Numbered from the stretch's first letter, positions 1 through 8,775 are shown. The stretch: 32,000 bases of DNA from an uncultured Erysipelotrichaceae bacterium (GCA_942492995.1 OW818653.1:1050001-1082000), one strand, 5' to 3'. Numbers and translations: made by a program. Notes: generated from the letters alone by a model not told the origin.

Positions 1-198
1 ATAGATTGATTTGAATTCAGTGTATCCACTTAACCCTAATTTTTGGCATAATCGAACAATTGTAGATGGACTAACATAGGACGCATGCGCTAATTCATGA
101 CTGCTTAAACTTAAAACAGCTTGTGGATTTCGTTCAATGTAATCCGCAACCGCTTTTTCTTGGGTGGTTAAATTCGATGTGTTCTTAATTCTGTCCAT
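1..198 (-). CDS. RpiR family transcriptional regulator, N-terminal HTH domain only (gene continues beyond the left window edge)
   Basis: The reverse complement of 1-198 reads without stops as MDRIKNTSNLTTQEKAVADYIERNPQAVLSLSSHELAHASYVSPSTIVRLCQKLGLSGYTEFKSIY, a typical RpiR/MurR HTH_6 N-terminus. The ATG at 196-198 is preceded by GAAGG. It is absent from the ORF track because the stop lies outside the window. Confidence 0.8.
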   Translation of the reverse strand, partial: MDRIKNTSNLTTQEKAVADYIERNPQAVLSLSSHELAHASYVSPSTIVRLCQKLGLSGYTEFKSIY

Positions 199-226
199 TA
201 TCATGCCTTCATTGTATCAAAAAGAA

Positions 227-244
227 AAGGCAATTTCTCGCCTT
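227..244 (-). terminator. Weak hairpin after GH4 paralog 1 (AAGGC-N8-GCCTT followed by TTCTTTTT on the minus strand)
   Basis: The stem is only 5 bp and overlaps the stop codon at 243-245. It probably allows read-through into the rpiR-type gene. Confidence 0.3.
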
Positions 245-1610
245 ATTTCTTTTCGTATGTAACGCCTTTTGCCTCTAATTCCGCAATAACAGCCTTGAAT
301 TGAGGTAAGTAAGCTTTATTCGCAACTAACATAACATCTAACATCTCTTTAGCCTTAGTTCCTGAAGGTACTAATGGATTGATTGTGAATGCTTGAAGTG
401 CTTTTCCATAATCACCAGAAACAGCCGCTTGAATCACAACTTCTTCCATCGCTTTCATACTTTGTACTAATCCACGCGTAGAAGATGGGAATGATCCCCA
501 GTTAACTGGCTCTGCACCATGTGATGTAATATCAGCAGATACTTCTACAACACAGTCATATGGTAAATCAGCGATTGCACCATTGTTTTGTGTACTTACA
601 ACCATACGTGTTTTCTTGTTGTTATAGATTGAAGCGATTAATTCACATGCCGCATCAGAATAGTGAGTTCCACCACGTTTTGTTAATTGTTCAGGTTTAT
701 GATCTAGATTTACATCTTTATAAAGTTCAAACAATTCAGCTTCAGTACGTTTAACGACTTCAGCACGTGTTTCACCTTTCGCAAATTCTTCAAGTTCATG
801 GCCTAACATATCATCACTTACATAGTAGTAACGGTGATATGGACAAGGTAGTAAGCCAGTGTCCTTAATTTGTTCATAGTTAAACTTAAAGTTCTTAATA
901 TTACGAACACCTAATCCTTCAAGTGTTTTAGCTTCTGGATGATATAGTGCATCTAAAATTGTATGTGTAACTTCATTACCAGCTTTATCCCAAACGCGGT
1001 GCCAATGGAAGTGGTTTAATCCAGCAAACTTCGTATATAGTTCACCTTCATAACCTTGTGACTTCATAGCGCCATCACACATTTTTTCCATCAAGATAGG
1101 CACATTACATAAACCAATTGTACGTTTCCATCCGCCAACTTTAATCGCAGCTTCAGTAACGATACCACTTGGATTCGTAAAGTTCGCTAACCATGCGTTA
1201 GGACATAATTCTTTCATATCTTCGATAATGCTCAAGATAACTGGAATTGTACGGAACGCTTTCATCATACCTCCAGCGCCGTTTGTTTCTTGGCCAATAT
1301 AACCGAAGCTTAATGGAATTCTTTCATCACGAATACGTGCATCTAATAGACCAACACGGAATTGTGTCGTAACGAAATCCGCATCTTTAAGTGCTTCACG
1401 ACGATTAAGAGTTAAATTAACTTTCCAATCTAATCCTGCAGCTTTAACCATACGTTGAGCCATAGCCCCAACGATTTCTAATTTTTCTTTACCTTCTTCA
1501 ACATCTACCAACCAAATTTCAGAAATTGGTAATAAATCTTTTCTAAGAATAAATCCTTCAATGAGTTCTGGGGTATAACTACTACCGCCACCAATCGTAA
1601 CTATTTTCAT
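243..1610 (-). CDS. 6-phospho-beta-glucosidase, glycoside hydrolase family 4 (ChbF/CelF/LicH-like), paralog 1
   Basis: ORF 243-1631. I moved the start to the ATG at 1608-1610 (MKIVTIGGGSSYTPEL), which has an AGAGGT Shine-Dalgarno and matches the start of the paralog at 17973. It carries the GGGSSYTPEL dinucleotide-binding N-terminus and the GLCNVPI and GLNHFHW motifs. It resembles E. coli ChbF end to end as I remember that sequence. Confidence 0.9.
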   Translation of the reverse strand: MKIVTIGGGSSYTPELIEGFILRKDLLPISEIWLVDVEEGKEKLEIVGAMAQRMVKAAGLDWKVNLTLNRREALKDADFVTTQFRVGLLDARIRDERIPLSFGYIGQETNGAGGMMKAFRTIPVILSIIEDMKELCPNAWLANFTNPSGIVTEAAIKVGGWKRTIGLCNVPILMEKMCDGAMKSQGYEGELYTKFAGLNHFHWHRVWDKAGNEVTHTILDALYHPEAKTLEGLGVRNIKNFKFNYEQIKDTGLLPCPYHRYYYVSDDMLGHELEEFAKGETRAEVVKRTEAELFELYKDVNLDHKPEQLTKRGGTHYSDAACELIASIYNNKKTRMVVSTQNNGAIADLPYDCVVEVSADITSHGAEPVNWGSFPSSTRGLVQSMKAMEEVVIQAAVSGDYGKALQAFTINPLVPSGTKAKEMLDVMLVANKAYLPQFKAVIAELEAKGVTYEKK

Positions 1611-1633
1611 GATGTACCTCTGCTTTCCCACCT

Positions 1634-1662
1634 ATTATGCAAGATAAAAAAAGTGCCTTCAA
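1634..1662 (-). promoter_or_regulatory. Putative sigma-A promoter of GH4 paralog 1 (TTGAAG, 17 bp spacer, CATAAT on the minus strand)
   Basis: The -35 is at 1657-1662 and the -10 at 1634-1639 (plus coordinates). The same architecture is conserved upstream of paralog 2. Confidence 0.5.
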
Positions 1663-1669
1663 GCACTTT
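1644..1669 (-). terminator. Palindrome/hairpin AAAGTGC-TTGAAG-GCACTTT followed by a T-run. Possible terminator of the GNAT gene and/or operator overlapping the -35
   Basis: The arms are 7 bp, with a possible extra G-U pair, followed by TTTTTTT on the minus strand. The element is duplicated upstream of paralog 2. The stem is AT-rich, so terminator strength is uncertain. Confidence 0.45.
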
Positions 1670-1684
1670 GAGTAAATAGGATAA

Positions 1685-1700
1685 TTGTTCCAAAATAACA
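1685..1700. promoter_or_regulatory. Conserved 16-nt box TTGTTCCAAAATAACA (TTGTT-N7-AACAA dyad), candidate operator
   Basis: An identical 16-mer, in inverted orientation, lies at 17883-17898 at the same distance upstream of the second GH4 gene. Confidence 0.4.
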
Positions 1701-1726
1701 ATATATTAGAACAAATAACTGAAACA

Positions 1727-2239
1727 TCATTTCACTTTGCGTATCATCAAATCAATATCAAAGTATTCACCTTTTATAAACATCATATTAGGTACAACTG
1801 AATTCTTTATAAATCCAACTGATTCATATAAATGGATTGCTTTCGCATTATCACTTCTAACATCCAAGTGAATAAATGTTGTATCAGGTGCTTGTATCGC
1901 AAATTCAATTAACGCATTCATCATACGTTTACCGATACCTCGTCCCCAATATTCCTTTAAAACAGAGATTCCTAAAATAGAGATATGTTTCGTACGTTCA
2001 CGTTTGGATGCGCTTAAATTACCTACACTTACAACCTTTTGATCATCTAACGCAATAAACATTGTACTATTTAAATTCTCTGCATATCCTTCGATTACTT
2101 TAATCTCATCTTCTAAGGTGTATCCTAATCCTTCTTCTCCAAAGGTTAAATTATCACTTTCTTTTCCAATTTGATCGAGATAATCAAGAATTGCTTGAGC
2201 ATCTTCAATGCGTGCTTTTATGATTTGTATATTTGACAT
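1727..2239 (-). CDS. GNAT family N-acetyltransferase
   Basis: 170 aa. It has an acetyl-CoA binding-type motif (WGRGIGKRMMNALIEFA) and a typical GNAT length. Confidence 0.8.
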   Translation of the reverse strand: MSNIQIIKARIEDAQAILDYLDQIGKESDNLTFGEEGLGYTLEDEIKVIEGYAENLNSTMFIALDDQKVVSVGNLSASKRERTKHISILGISVLKEYWGRGIGKRMMNALIEFAIQAPDTTFIHLDVRSDNAKAIHLYESVGFIKNSVVPNMMFIKGEYFDIDLMIRKVK

Positions 2240-2252
2240 AGTTACACCCTAT

Positions 2253-2280
2253 CAAAAAAAAGCGATTTTTTCAATCGCTT
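2253..2280 (-). terminator. Intrinsic terminator after the SPFH gene
   Basis: On the minus strand it reads AAGCGATT-gaaaa-AATCGCTT followed by TTTTTTTT. It overlaps the stop codon at 2279-2281. Confidence 0.8.
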
Positions 2281-3187
2281 ACTTCTTTTCTTCTTCCATT
2301 ACACCTTTAACTGAAGCCAATAGACCAGCTAAGTTTTGGATTTCGGAAGGAATAATAATCTTAGTGGCTTGTCCATTTGCAACTTTTTCTAATGATTCTA
2401 AACTTCTTAATGTTAAATATCCTTGTTTAGGATTTGCTTTATTGATAATATCAACCCCAAATGCTTGAGCTTGATAAACGCGTTCTAACGCTTGTGCTTG
2501 CCCTTCAGCTTCAGTAATTAATGATTCTTTCTTCGCTTTAGCACGTAAGATAACAGATTCATTTTCCCCTTCAGCTTTAAGAATTGCGGCACGTTTTTCA
2601 CCTTCAGCTGTTAAGATAACAGAACGACGTTCACGTTCAGCACGCATTTGTTTTTCCATCGCTTCTTGAATATCTTTTGGAGGTAAAATATTCTTAACTT
2701 CAACACGACCTACTTTAATACCCCAAGGATCAGTTGCTTCATCTAAAATAACACGCATCTTAGTATTAATTATTTCGCGTGATGTCAATGTTTCATCTAA
2801 TTCTAAATCCCCAATAATATTACGTAATGTCGTAGCACTTAAATTTTCAATCGCTTGAATAGGTTTTACAACTCCATATACATAAAGTTTTGGGTCTAAG
2901 ATTTGGAAATATACAACAGTATCAATCATCATAGTAACGTTGTCTTTCGTGATAACTGGTTGTGGAGCAAAATCAAAAACTTGTTCCTTCAAAGTAACAT
3001 GACCAGCAACACGATCAATAATAGGAATTACAAAGTGCAATCCTCTTTCAAGTGTTCTGTGGTATGCCCCTAATCTTTCAACAACATATGCATTTGATTG
3101 AGGGATGATTCGTACAGTATAAGTAATTAGGATAATAACAAGCAATATGGCGAAAAAGCTAGTGAGTAGTGGGAAAATAATGTCCAT
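2279..3187 (-). CDS. SPFH/band 7 (stomatin/QmcA-like) membrane protein
   Basis: 302 aa with an N-terminal TM segment. The SPFH core is followed by a charged coiled-coil region (EAMEKQMRAERERR...AEGEKRAAILKAEGE) typical of prokaryotic stomatins. It sits directly downstream of an NfeD gene. Confidence 0.85.
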   Translation of the reverse strand: MDIIFPLLTSFFAILLVIILITYTVRIIPQSNAYVVERLGAYHRTLERGLHFVIPIIDRVAGHVTLKEQVFDFAPQPVITKDNVTMMIDTVVYFQILDPKLYVYGVVKPIQAIENLSATTLRNIIGDLELDETLTSREIINTKMRVILDEATDPWGIKVGRVEVKNILPPKDIQEAMEKQMRAERERRSVILTAEGEKRAAILKAEGENESVILRAKAKKESLITEAEGQAQALERVYQAQAFGVDIINKANPKQGYLTLRSLESLEKVANGQATKIIIPSEIQNLAGLLASVKGVMEEEKK

Positions 3188-3198
3188 AATGATCCTTT

Positions 3199-3627
3199 CT
3201 ATAAAACTTGTTTAACAACAAGTTTAGCGCCTTCTAACGCAACAACTTCGACTAGGGTATCTACAGGTAGATCCCCATGCTTAACTTCTCTGACTGACCA
3301 ACGAATGCCTTCCAATTTAACTGCACCCCATTTATCGGATAATACTTCTTCAACAAGTTTTGTTTGTACTCCAATAAAGCGATCCGCATTTGTACGAACT
3401 GGTTTATGCGTTAAATATTTCAACACAAATGGTCTAACTAAAATAAACGAGATAATAGACATAATAATAAATATACCTATTTCTACAAATATTCCAAGAT
3501 TTAGTAATGCGGCGACATAGGCGAATAGTGCTCCAATTGAAAACCAAATAGAGATTAAACTAGCTGGTGTAGCTGCTTCTAATGCAAACATTACAATCGC
3601 TACAATCAACCAAACCCAACTTTCCAT
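3199..3627 (-). CDS. NfeD family membrane protein
   Basis: ORF 3199-3636. The likely start is the ATG at 3625-3627, because the GTG at 3636 lies inside the AAAGGTGG Shine-Dalgarno. It has three N-terminal TM segments and a C-terminal soluble OB-like domain (KWGAVKLEGIRWSVREV...). The classic NfeD-SPFH gene pairing is present. Confidence 0.8.
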   Translation of the reverse strand: MESWVWLIVAIVMFALEAATPASLISIWFSIGALFAYVAALLNLGIFVEIGIFIIMSIISFILVRPFVLKYLTHKPVRTNADRFIGVQTKLVEEVLSDKWGAVKLEGIRWSVREVKHGDLPVDTLVEVVALEGAKLVVKQVL

Positions 3628-3727
3628 CTGTTCCACCTTTCTTGTTCAACAGTTAAATTATATCGTTATTGATAACGTAAAACTACATAATTAAGTCTAT
3701 TAATTAATTCTTTCACAAAATATTCAA

Positions 3728-4024
3728 TTATCGATTATCTTTACGTTTATTTCTAAATAAGGATAATCCACCGAATCCACTAATAATAGCCATATAGAAT
3801 CCAAAATCATACCACCAGCCAGAATTATACACTTCATAAAGTCGAATATTCTTATCAAAGAAATTCAATATTAATGTTAATGGAGCTAGCCATCCATGCC
3901 ATACACCCCAAAAGAATCCCGCAGGATCGCTTAATGAAGCAGTTCCATCACCTGGTACACATCCTGTTAGTGTAATGAGTAGTAATAAACTGAGAAATAT
4001 ACTTAGTGTAATTTTCTTTTTCAT
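3728..4024 (-). CDS. Small predicted lipoprotein/membrane protein of unknown function
   Basis: ORF 3728-4036. The likely start is the ATG at 4022-4024, preceded by GAGGA. It has a signal peptide with lipobox LTGC, then Trp/Gly-rich hydrophobic segments (GFFWGVWHGWLAPL, GWWYDFGFYMAIISGFGG). I do not recognise a family. Confidence 0.6.
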   Translation of the reverse strand: MKKKITLSIFLSLLLLITLTGCVPGDGTASLSDPAGFFWGVWHGWLAPLTLILNFFDKNIRLYEVYNSGWWYDFGFYMAIISGFGGLSLFRNKRKDNR

Positions 4025-4097
4025 GTTAATCCTCACATCTATTCATATTGTAGCACCATTCATCTATTAATATTAAAGTGATACATCATAGATAACC

Positions 4098-4127
4098 AAT
4101 AAAAAAACACATTTGTTAAATGTGTTT
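4098..4127 (-). terminator. Intrinsic terminator after the SHOCT gene
   Basis: On the minus strand it reads AAACACATTT-aac-AAATGTGTTT followed by TTTTATT. It overlaps the stop codon. Confidence 0.75.
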
Positions 4128-4395
4128 AGCGTAAATCTTTACGTAAATTCTCAAATTCTTCTTTGGTGATTTCACCTTTCGCATAGCGTTCTTTAATAAT
4201 TTCGATTGCGGTAGATGATTCCACATTTACTTTCTTAGGATTTGTTAGTCTACGAACAATCCAAATAATAAGTAAAATTACTCCAATTACCAATAGTATA
4301 TGTAGTAATATTCCTACCCACATAAATTGTCCACCAAACATGCCATATCCTACACGTGAAAAGCGATCAACTCCATCAAAATAACCTCGCATCAT
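4126..4395 (-). CDS. SHOCT domain-containing small membrane protein
   Basis: 89 aa with one TM helix. The C-terminal IIKERYAKGEITKEEFENLRKDL matches the SHOCT (short C-terminal) motif. An AAGGA Shine-Dalgarno is present. Confidence 0.75.
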   Translation of the reverse strand: MMRGYFDGVDRFSRVGYGMFGGQFMWVGILLHILLVIGVILLIIWIVRRLTNPKKVNVESSTAIEIIKERYAKGEITKEEFENLRKDLR

Positions 4396-4475
4396 ATCGT
4401 TTCCTTCTTTCTAAGTATATCTTGATTGAAGTATAGTCTTTAAATATGTCGAAAGTGTTACGAAACAATCAATTA

Positions 4476-5276
4476 TTAAAAAATTTGTTTAAGTGCATGG
4501 GCTACCCCATTTTCATCATTGGTTAAACTAATAAATTGAGCTCTACTCTTGATATACGCATCTGCTTGTCCCATCGCGACACCAAGTCCCGCATATTCAA
4601 TCATACTGAGATCGTTATAGTTATCACCAAGTGCCATTACGTGTTCCTGATTAATATTTAATTTGTTTGATAAATATTCTAAACTAGAACCTTTATTCGT
4701 ATCTTTAACGATAATCTCTAAATAGAATGGGGCTGACTTAACAAAATCCACAATCCCAATGAATGGTGCTTGAATCGCATCACGGTATTGATCAATAATA
4801 GATGGTTCAGCACTGACTAAGATCTTATTCGGTTGATAATCAATATAATCGGCTAAGTTTTCTACAACCTTTAATTCCATCGAATTCATCTTAGCTTCAC
4901 CTAATACATTGTATCCATTAGGATTAGATACAATTAACTCATGTTTACGACTTAATATCGGAGTTACTGGAAATTGTTCTAAGTGTTTTAAGATTGATTT
5001 AGCGACATTAAGTTCTATTGTACGTTCGAAGAAGATCGAATGATCAATTGCTTGTGCTACAACTGCTCCATTAAATCCCATAAGGTAATGGTTTTCTGGT
5101 TCTATGTCTAGTTGTTTAAACACATCAAATAATCCATTTAAAGGACGACCTGACGCAAGCGTTAAAATAGCTCCCTTTTGAGTCGCTATTTTTATCCATT
5201 CTTTGTTTTCTAACGATAATTCATGTTTACTATTTAGGAGTGTTCCATCCACATCTATTGCGATTAATTTAATCAT
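4476..5276 (-). CDS. Cof-type HAD-IIB family hydrolase (sugar-phosphate phosphatase-like)
   Basis: HAD motif I is AIDVDGTLL and the C-terminal motif is GDNYNDLSM. At 266 aa it has the typical Cof/YidA length. Confidence 0.85.
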   Translation of the reverse strand: MIKLIAIDVDGTLLNSKHELSLENKEWIKIATQKGAILTLASGRPLNGLFDVFKQLDIEPENHYLMGFNGAVVAQAIDHSIFFERTIELNVAKSILKHLEQFPVTPILSRKHELIVSNPNGYNVLGEAKMNSMELKVVENLADYIDYQPNKILVSAEPSIIDQYRDAIQAPFIGIVDFVKSAPFYLEIIVKDTNKGSSLEYLSNKLNINQEHVMALGDNYNDLSMIEYAGLGVAMGQADAYIKSRAQFISLTNDENGVAHALKQIF

Positions 5277-5286
5277 TTTCCCTCAT

Positions 5287-6183
5287 CTAACGAAGAATTT
5301 GTTGACCTGAGGCACAATATATTTCGTACCATTCTTCGTGCTCTAGGTTTATTTGTAACGCATTTATCGCATTTTGTAAACGTGAAATTTTCTGTGTACC
5401 ACTTATAACCATCGCTTTGACTGGATGTTTTAAGTGCCAAGCGTATACGATTGTATCAGTTGTAGTGTTATATTTAGACGCAATACGCTCTAAGACATTT
5501 CGTAAATTAACAACATTTTCATCGTTTGATGTAAAGATATTCCCCCCATTTAATGGTGACCATATCATTGGATGAATTTGGTATTTTTGTAATAAATCCA
5601 TCATTCCAGAATTGTAATGTTCGAATTGTAACGGTGATATTTCAATCTGATTGGTTACACATTTAAAATTACTTAATGTATGAAATGCATCAAGTTTAAA
5701 TGGATCATAATTACATACTCCATATGATTTAATACAACCTTCTTCCATAAGCTCATTAAACGCACGTACAGCACCTAATTGATCAAATAAAGGATCTTCT
5801 CTGTGAATCAAATAAACATCGATATAACTTGTATTCAATTTCTTTAGACTTGAATAGCATGATGCTTTAATCTTCGCGTACGTAGTCTCATAATGCTTAA
5901 TACGATAAGGTTTATCTGGATTTAGTTTGTTAATCCCAGTTTTAGTAATAATTTGTATTTTAGATCTAAATAATGGATCAAGCGCTAACGCATCACCCAA
6001 TAACTTCTCACTGGTATAGTTACCATAAATCTCTGCTGTATCAAAACTTGTAACCCCTAATTCAACACATTGTTTCATGAACTCAAGTAAAGCTTGTGCA
6101 TCCATATCCCAGTTATGTAAACGCCAAAATCCTTGCACAATACGTGATAAACTAACGTCTTTATTTAATTGTATCGTTTCCAT
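5287..6183 (-). CDS. Aldo/keto reductase family oxidoreductase
   Basis: 298 aa. It shows AKR-type features (FDTAEIYGNY, LIHREDPL) and resembles YdhF-type AKRs. Confidence 0.8.
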   Translation of the reverse strand: METIQLNKDVSLSRIVQGFWRLHNWDMDAQALLEFMKQCVELGVTSFDTAEIYGNYTSEKLLGDALALDPLFRSKIQIITKTGINKLNPDKPYRIKHYETTYAKIKASCYSSLKKLNTSYIDVYLIHREDPLFDQLGAVRAFNELMEEGCIKSYGVCNYDPFKLDAFHTLSNFKCVTNQIEISPLQFEHYNSGMMDLLQKYQIHPMIWSPLNGGNIFTSNDENVVNLRNVLERIASKYNTTTDTIVYAWHLKHPVKAMVISGTQKISRLQNAINALQINLEHEEWYEIYCASGQQILR

Positions 6184-6192
6184 TTTTCTCCT

Positions 6193-6216
6193 AAAAAAAG
6201 TGTACTAATGTACACT
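6193..6216 (-). terminator. Hairpin plus T-run directly after mglC and abutting the AKR Shine-Dalgarno
   Basis: On the minus strand it reads AGTGTAC-atta-GTACACT followed by TTTTTT, then AGGAGaaaaATG of the next gene. Confidence 0.6.
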
Positions 6217-6222
6217 CGTTTT

Positions 6223-7224
6223 TTATTTCTTTGTAAGATATTTACGAATATCAATCGCAACAGCCATTACGATGACTGTACCAATCGCAACGTATTGAAG
6301 ATCGGGTGTAACACCTAAGAATTGTAAGCTTGTTTTTAACATTTCGAAGATTAATACCCCAGACACAATTCCTTGAACAGTCCCAACACCACCAGCGGTA
6401 CTAACACCACCGATTGTACAAGCTGCGATTGCCTCAAGTTCATAACCGATACCATAGTTCGCTGTCGCACCACCAGATTTAGCGGCTAGTAAGAAGCCAG
6501 CTAGACCATAGAATAAACCAGCTAATACATAGACACGGATCTTAGTCCAAATTACGTTAACCCCAGCAACTTCAGCTGCAGCTTCATTACCACCAATTGC
6601 GTAGATGTATTTACCAAACTTAGTTTGATTGAGTAAGAACCACATAATCGCAATCATGATTAAAGCGATAAGAATTAAGATAGGAACAGGTCCAATACGA
6701 CCAGATGCTAAGTAGGTATAATCTGTTTTTAAACCACCAATTGGTTGTGATTTCGTATAGATAAGGGATAAACCATAAACAATACTTTGCATCCCCAATG
6801 TCGCAATAAACGGTGGAACATGTAAGAATGAAATAACTAAACCATTGATTAAACCTAATAAAGCAGTAACTGTAACTGCTAATAATAGAATACCAACAAC
6901 AGGCATTTCACCAAGCTCAGGGAAGAACTTCGCCGCATAGTCAGGTCTTTGTAATAATGTACCGCCTATAACAGCCCCAACCCCAACAATACGCCCAGCA
7001 GATAAGTCAGTACCACGTGTAATCAATGCACCACTTACCCCTAACGCAATAATGATACGAATCGATGAGTTCATCAAGATATTCGTTAGATTATTTGGAG
7101 ATAAGAAGATTGGTCTTAAGATCGATACAACAACTAATATAGCTAATAGAATGACATACATCGCATTATCAATTAATGTAGTCTTTATATTGCTTTTCGA
7201 GAATAGATTTAATACTTTGTTCAT
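6223..7224 (-). CDS. mglC: Galactose/methyl-galactoside ABC transporter permease
   Basis: 333 aa, polytopic, of the sugar ABC permease (MglC/RbsC) type. It sits directly downstream of mglA. Confidence 0.85.
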   Translation of the reverse strand: MNKVLNLFSKSNIKTTLIDNAMYVILLAILVVVSILRPIFLSPNNLTNILMNSSIRIIIALGVSGALITRGTDLSAGRIVGVGAVIGGTLLQRPDYAAKFFPELGEMPVVGILLLAVTVTALLGLINGLVISFLHVPPFIATLGMQSIVYGLSLIYTKSQPIGGLKTDYTYLASGRIGPVPILILIALIMIAIMWFLLNQTKFGKYIYAIGGNEAAAEVAGVNVIWTKIRVYVLAGLFYGLAGFLLAAKSGGATANYGIGYELEAIAACTIGGVSTAGGVGTVQGIVSGVLIFEMLKTSLQFLGVTPDLQYVAIGTVIVMAVAIDIRKYLTKK

Positions 7225-7235
7225 TTTAATACTCC

Positions 7236-8753
7236 TTACATGTACTTGGTAGCCAATTCCATGATTTTCTCTTGGTTGGCTTCTTCTTTATCTAAAATAC
7301 CGCTTAAACGACCTTCACACATAACCATGATACGATCACTAACACCCAATAATTCTGGCATTTCTGAACTAATCATAATAATGGTTTTACCTTGTCGAGC
7401 TAAATCAATCATAATACTATAAATCTCATATTTAGCCCCAACATCGATACCACGTGTTGGTTCATCTAAGATAAATACATCCGGTTCAACCGCTAACCAA
7501 CGTGAGATAATAACCTTCTGTTGATTACCACCCGATAAAGAAGAAATTCTTGTCTTTGTACTCGGTGTTTTAATGCGTAATTTCTTAATATTCTCTTCAG
7601 CTAATTTGTTAAGTTTGTTGTTGTTTAATTTGAAATGGAAATCAACGAAATCACTCAAACTTGCGACAGCTACATTATCTCTAACGGATAATACCCCAAA
7701 TATTCCATTACCACGACGATCTTCAGTGACTAAGGCAATACCCTTCGCAATCGCATCTCGTGGATTTTTAATGCTTAATTTCTTACCATGTAAGAATATT
7801 TCGCCCTTTTCAACACCTCTTAAGCCAAATATACCCTCAACTAGTTCAGTACGTTGTGCACCGACCAATCCACCAATACCCAGAATCTCACCTTTACGTG
7901 CTTCGAAACTGACTTTCTTGAATGAACGAGGATTTGTGGAAGTATAATCTTTGATTTGTAAGGATGTCTCACCAGGAACATTAGTCTTAGGTGGATATAG
8001 ATTTGTTAATTCACGACCAACCATGTTCTTAATAATCTTTTCCATGGTTAATTCTTTAGACGCCCAGGTACCAATATACTTACCATCACGCATAATTGTA
8101 ACTTCATCAGAAATACGTAATATTTCTTCCATTTTGTGTGAGATATAGATGATAGATACACCTAAATTACGTAAATTGTTAATTATTTCAAATAGCTGAT
8201 CAACTTCTTGTAAGGTTAAGGATGAAGTAGGTTCATCCATGATAATTACTTTTGATTCGTATGAGATTGCCTTAGCAATTTCAATGGACTGTATTTGCGA
8301 AACAGATAATTCTTTTAAAGGTATGTTTGGATTAACTTTAAGATGAACTTTCTTAAGCAATTCAAGTGATTTTGTCCGCATAAGTTTATGATCAACAATC
8401 GAGAATAAACCCAAGATCTTCTTGCTTGGATAACGGCCTACCCATAGATTTTCCGCGATACTACGATAAGGAATAGGTTGTAATTCTTGGTGAATCATGG
8501 AGATTCCAGCATTTAATGCATCTTTTGGATTATGAAAATGCACAGGCTTACCATCAAATAATATCTCACCTTCATCTAAGGAATAGATACCAAAAAGACA
8601 TTTCATCAGTGTTGACTTACCAGCCCCATTCTCACCCATAAGTGCGTGAACGGTTCCTCGTCTTACATGGAACGAAACGTCATCAAGAGCTTTAACCCCA
8701 GGGAAACTTTTACTGATATGATTCATGGCTAATATAATATCAAGATGCTGCAT
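7236..8753 (-). CDS. mglA: Galactose/methyl-galactoside ABC transporter ATP-binding protein (duplicated ATPase)
   Basis: 505 aa with two ABC cassettes: Walker A GENGAGKST, signature motifs in both halves (LSVSQIQ and LSGGNQQK) and Walker B IIMDEPTS/FILDEPTRGID. E. coli MglA is about the same length. Confidence 0.9.
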   Translation of the reverse strand: MQHLDIILAMNHISKSFPGVKALDDVSFHVRRGTVHALMGENGAGKSTLMKCLFGIYSLDEGEILFDGKPVHFHNPKDALNAGISMIHQELQPIPYRSIAENLWVGRYPSKKILGLFSIVDHKLMRTKSLELLKKVHLKVNPNIPLKELSVSQIQSIEIAKAISYESKVIIMDEPTSSLTLQEVDQLFEIINNLRNLGVSIIYISHKMEEILRISDEVTIMRDGKYIGTWASKELTMEKIIKNMVGRELTNLYPPKTNVPGETSLQIKDYTSTNPRSFKKVSFEARKGEILGIGGLVGAQRTELVEGIFGLRGVEKGEIFLHGKKLSIKNPRDAIAKGIALVTEDRRGNGIFGVLSVRDNVAVASLSDFVDFHFKLNNNKLNKLAEENIKKLRIKTPSTKTRISSLSGGNQQKVIISRWLAVEPDVFILDEPTRGIDVGAKYEIYSIMIDLARQGKTIIMISSEMPELLGVSDRIMVMCEGRLSGILDKEEANQEKIMELATKYM

Positions 8754-8775
8754 AGTAACCTCTTTCTAATTAGAA

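Larger units (their letters stand above)
1095..1700 (-). repeat. Inverted-repeat arm A: promoter region plus first 172 codons of GH4 paralog 1, near-identical to 17883-18488
   Basis: By hand alignment there are 8 amino-acid differences in 172 codons. Identical nucleotide runs of roughly 60 and 90 nt are present. Similarity continues about 90 nt upstream of the ATG. Confidence 0.85.

Noticed and set aside
7573-7947. A 124-aa plus-strand ORF inside mglA, plus the other short antisense or alternate-frame ORFs in the track: 560-754, 2208-2468, 3305-3520, 7052-7252, 7240-7422, 7951-8148, 9045-9371, 13590-13787, 18703-18897, 18774-18992, 20119-20322, 20427-20615, 21726-22052, 22359-22553, 23184-23522, 25151-25423, 26998-27189 and 29352-29645.
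   Set aside because: All are embedded in, or antisense to, genes with strong family signatures. They lack ribosome-binding sites and show no motifs. I treat them as shadow ORFs.
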